Positions 22,295 through 25,237 of a stretch of DNA of 25,237 bases are shown piece by piece. Source of the stretch: Galemys pyrenaicus (Eukaryota); the NCBI GenBank assembly GCA_019455555.1, contig JAGFMF010011380.1, positions 15,102,053-15,127,289 of the forward strand, read 5' to 3'. The notes under the pieces are model-generated. The model ran no database searches, had not been told where the DNA came from, and worked only from the letters and a program-made list of their open reading frames with translations. Within the stretch, counting starts at the first letter, position 1, and the number at the start of each line of letters is the position of its first letter. The position numbers and the translations under genes are program-made.

Positions 22295-23150
22295 AATGTT
22301 CATCATCATTTATCATCAGAGAAATGTAAATCGAAACCATAAATAATGCCACCTTACACCAATGGAAAAGGTCCACAATAAAAATAACAAAACAAAACAG
22401 AATCAACAAGGGCAGTTGACATTTTGGATAAAAAGGAACACTTTTATACTGTTTTATACTATTGGTGGGAATATAAACTGGTCCAGCCATTATGTAAAGA
22501 AGAGTGGAGATTCCTCAAAAGACTTAAAATGGATCTACCATATGACCCAGCAACTCCACCCAAAGAGCACAAAAACACTATTTCAAAAAGAAACCTGCAC
22601 TCCTATGTTTATGGCAGCACTATCAACAATAGACAAGCTATGGAAACAATCTAAGTGCCCCAGAACTGAGGAGTGGATCTTTTCTGTGTATATATTTACA
22701 TGCTACACAAGATGTGGCACATATACACAATGGAATATTACTCAGCCATCAAAAAAGACAACTCCATGCCATTTGTGGCAACATAGATGGATTTAGAAGG
22801 GATTATGCTAAGCGAAATAAGCTAGAAGGAGAAAGATAAATACCTAATGGTGTCACTTACATGTGGAATCTAGAGAAACCAGACAAAGACAAATTGTAAG
22901 ACCAACCCTTAAAAGCAGAAAACAGATCTGAAACATTCAGGAGGTGAGGGGAAGCTGGAAAGAGAAGGTGAGAGCAGGAAACAGGGTGGGGGATGAGAGC
23001 ACAATGGATTGTGGTGGAGGAATCTTGGTCCATTGGTCGTAGGAAAACTATGGTGGCTACACCTAAGGAGAAAACCCTATATTGTGGGGAAAAAAAATCA
23101 ACAAGAATGTTTAAATAAATAAAAATAAATTAAAAAAAAAGTAACACCAA
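22295..23150 (+). mobile_element. LINE-1 3' fragment (ORF2 remnant and 3' UTR)
   Basis: It holds the longest ORF in the window, at 22362-22796. That ORF carries L1 ORF2 strings such as ...LVQPLWK..WRFLK.L..DLPYDPA.PLL..HKNT... and ...KQSKCP...EWI..., and a second frame reads ...YTQWNITQPSKK... It ends in the A-rich tail aaataaataaaaataaattaaaaaaaaag. Confidence 0.85.
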
Positions 23151-24095
23151 AAAAAAATATTCTGGTCAAGATTAAGTGATAATCACTATCTAAAATGAAT
23201 TGCTTTTGGTGAAATGATAAAGATGAGTTTTCCACTTTGAACAATGCCTCTAAGTTAACATAGTGTCCATTGAAGTAAGCATTACTGACATTTACACTTC
23301 GCTCATATTTTCTTTATGTGCTAAAAACAATTTTCTCTATTTAAATCATTAACAAAATAGCAAAAAAAAGATTTCAAAGATCAGCTGTATATTTGTAGTA
23401 ATTCTGAATGTGACTTTATTATCTTGGATGTTGAAAATGTTCACAGTGGAATGGAATCTGCCTATTTTGTTCAGCTACCATATTCTGAGACATCAGAAAA
23501 GTCTGGTGACAGCATTTCCAGACTATCATTTTTCTAAAGAGGCTACACCATAACAAAACATTTATTATCTAACTGATATCTAAAAGATAGCATGTGCTTA
23601 CTATAAATTGATACTTATCAGAACTGCTTAAATTTTTGATGTTACGCTTGAGGAGTATATTTTTTCCTATATACGAGGGGTTTTTAATTGGTCAGATTCC
23701 AAAGTAAAATCTGAGTTTTTAAAGGAAATATGTTTCTTAAAAAATAGCTTATTTATCACAAGAAGTTATTTTTTCCAGTCATTAAGTTGTGGTGATAAAT
23801 TTTTAATGCAAAGGTTCATCTCCTTCCAGTTAGAATTATACATCACTTTTTCTAATACTACATCAATATTTTTGTAGTCATCTGTATCTAATCACACTAA
23901 ACTGGATATTGAGAAATTTATTTCTGTTGATAACACAGTTTTTAGGCCTTCACTATTTTGTTGTTCATCTTTTGAGATATAAAAATACTATTTTCATAGT
24001 ATTTCTGGACAGTTCATTCATTGTAATATTTTTGACACATCAACATGTTTATTACTGCACCTACAATACATGAAGTGCTTGAAATAAAAGCTTAC

Positions 24096-24297
24096 CAGAA
24101 ATGTTTTCCTTTTGACCAGGAGGTGGGATGGTGTCCAGTGACTTGTCAGGATCATAATTCTTCACATCTAGAAGTCTCCTTTCTCTGACAGATTCCCATA
24201 CAAAATCTGGGTTTGCAACATGGATGTTGTTTTTTTGGACAGAGTTTAGTTGATGATGACTGAGAACATCAGTACTTTCTAAGATTACATGTGTACA
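24096..24297 (-). CDS. PARP4: PARP4 coding exon, the most 5' one in this window (end of BRCT domain and linker)
   Basis: The translation is CTHVILESTDVLSHHQLNSVQKNNIHVANPDFVWESVRERRLLDVKNYDPDKSLDTIPPPGQKENIS(E). The human sequence is CTHIILDNADVLSQYQLNSIQKNHVHIANPDFIWKSIREKRLLDVKNYDPYKPLDITPPPDQKASSSE. The acceptor is gattctttcttag|TGT, with an in-frame stop just upstream. The donor is TTCTG|gtaagc. The exon is 202 nt. Confidence 0.85.
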
Positions 24298-25084
24298 CTA
24301 AGAAAGAATCAATTCACTTTGCATTAGTAAAAACAAATTGAAATAAATTATTTATATTAATTCTGTAATTTTCACCCTTAAAAAGTCTTGTTTGAAGGTA
24401 ATTTACAATAGTATTTCTCAGATTTCTGAAGCTCAAAAATATTATATCTTCTACCCACATAAAAGTTTTTAAAAATTAGTTTTTAGTAAGTATGGATATG
24501 ATCATGGCATGATTGATTAACCAACTCTTGAGGTTGTTTCCAAATATTCATTACTATAAACAATGCTGCACTGAACATCTTTACCTACCAAATCTTTGTA
24601 TATTTGTATAATTAGTTCCTTTGGTGGAATGAGAAGTTCAAAGGCATTTAGTATTTATTATAATTTGTACTTTTATTATGTTTGAATAAAAGTAGAGCAG
24701 ACCCCTGGTTTAAGATACCAATCTGTCCTACAGATGTAGCATCTAAGCTCAATAATTCACTGATATTGCATAATTTACTCTAAAATAGCATAATTTGGAA
24801 ATTTTGGCACAAAGCTAAGTTTATATAAGACTATGATTCATAAAAAAAGACTATGATTCATAAGATAAACAACAAAAATACCAAGTATTTCATTTTTGTT
24901 GACATTAAAAAGATGGCATTATAAATAAGTAGAGTAACTTAAATTGGAAAAGGCTATTTCAAAATCTCTTAGAGTTTCTAATGGAATGGGTAGGAAAAAC
25001 AAATTCTTGTACCAGTTCACTAACTTCTCATCCCATCATTGAGCTTCTTTATAATTTCCTTTTATAATTTAATTGAAAATTTTC

Positions 25085-25237
25085 TTTTTCTTTTTTTTTT
25101 TTAAAGATTTATTTATTTATGCTTACAAGAGCTGGGGTACAGGCCAGAGTTCTGGGAGGTGAGAGGATTCACCAGAGACAGAGTGGGGAGCAGAACAGGC
25201 AGACTGACCGAAACACACTGCCAAGGGCAGCAGTGGG
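25085..25237 (-). mobile_element. tRNA-derived SINE, copy 8, same family, reverse orientation, cut off by the window end
   Basis: It reads poly-T, then aaagatttatttatttatgcttacaagagctggggtacaggccagagttctgggaggtgagaggattcaccagagacagagtggggagcagaacaggcagactgaccgaaacacactgcc... It is nearly identical to copy 6. Confidence 0.88.

Noticed and set aside
22362-22796. The longest ORF in the window, 144 aa on the plus strand
   Set aside because: It lies wholly inside an L1 3' fragment. Its translation carries L1 ORF2 C-terminal motifs such as ..KQSKCP..EEWI.. and ..LVQPL.K..WRFLK... It is a decayed transposon ORF, not a host gene.
24560-24660. Candidate extra upstream PARP4 exon on the minus strand, suggested by ctttacctacc, which is the reverse complement of ggtaggtaaag
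   Set aside because: All three frames on the minus strand, for example ELLIPPKELIIQIYKDLV, show no similarity to the expected upstream PARP4 sequence ...KENGGKFSFSLNPQ. The real upstream exon is probably beyond the window end.
1-25237. Prokaryotic-style features: CRISPR arrays, operons, promoters, terminators, defence islands, or a novel system
   Set aside because: The sequence is mammalian: spliced exons with GT/AG introns, L1 and tRNA-SINE retroposons with poly-A tails and target-site duplications, and AT-rich introns. No regularly spaced direct repeats with unique spacers are present. I found no evidence for any undescribed system. The content is explained by PARP4 exons plus transposable elements.

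Overview
This window is mammalian nuclear DNA, not a prokaryotic locus, so operon, CRISPR and defence-system calls do not apply. It holds 12 consecutive coding exons of PARP4 (vault poly(ADP-ribose) polymerase) on the minus strand, split by introns full of retrotransposons. The exons run from the BRCT-proximal part (about human residue 45) to the end of the catalytic ADP-ribosyltransferase domain (about residue 590). The gene continues beyond both ends of the window. Every exon was called by translating the minus strand, matching my recalled human PARP4 protein, and finding canonical AG/GT splice signals that join the reading frame across neighbouring exons. The introns carry 8 copies of one young tRNA-derived SINE family, most with intact target-site duplications and A-tails. 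They also carry three L1 3'-end fragments, one more L1-like fragment, a short duplication-flanked poly-A insert, and low-complexity stretches. All large ORFs in the supplied track fall inside SINE or L1 copies or lie antisense to exons; none is a gene. I see no novel biological system. The points worth follow-up are an apparent 1-nt frameshift in one PARP4 exon with a possible rescuing internal acceptor, inverted SINE pairs around exons, and two non-consensus donor sites. I cannot name the species or the SINE family from memory.
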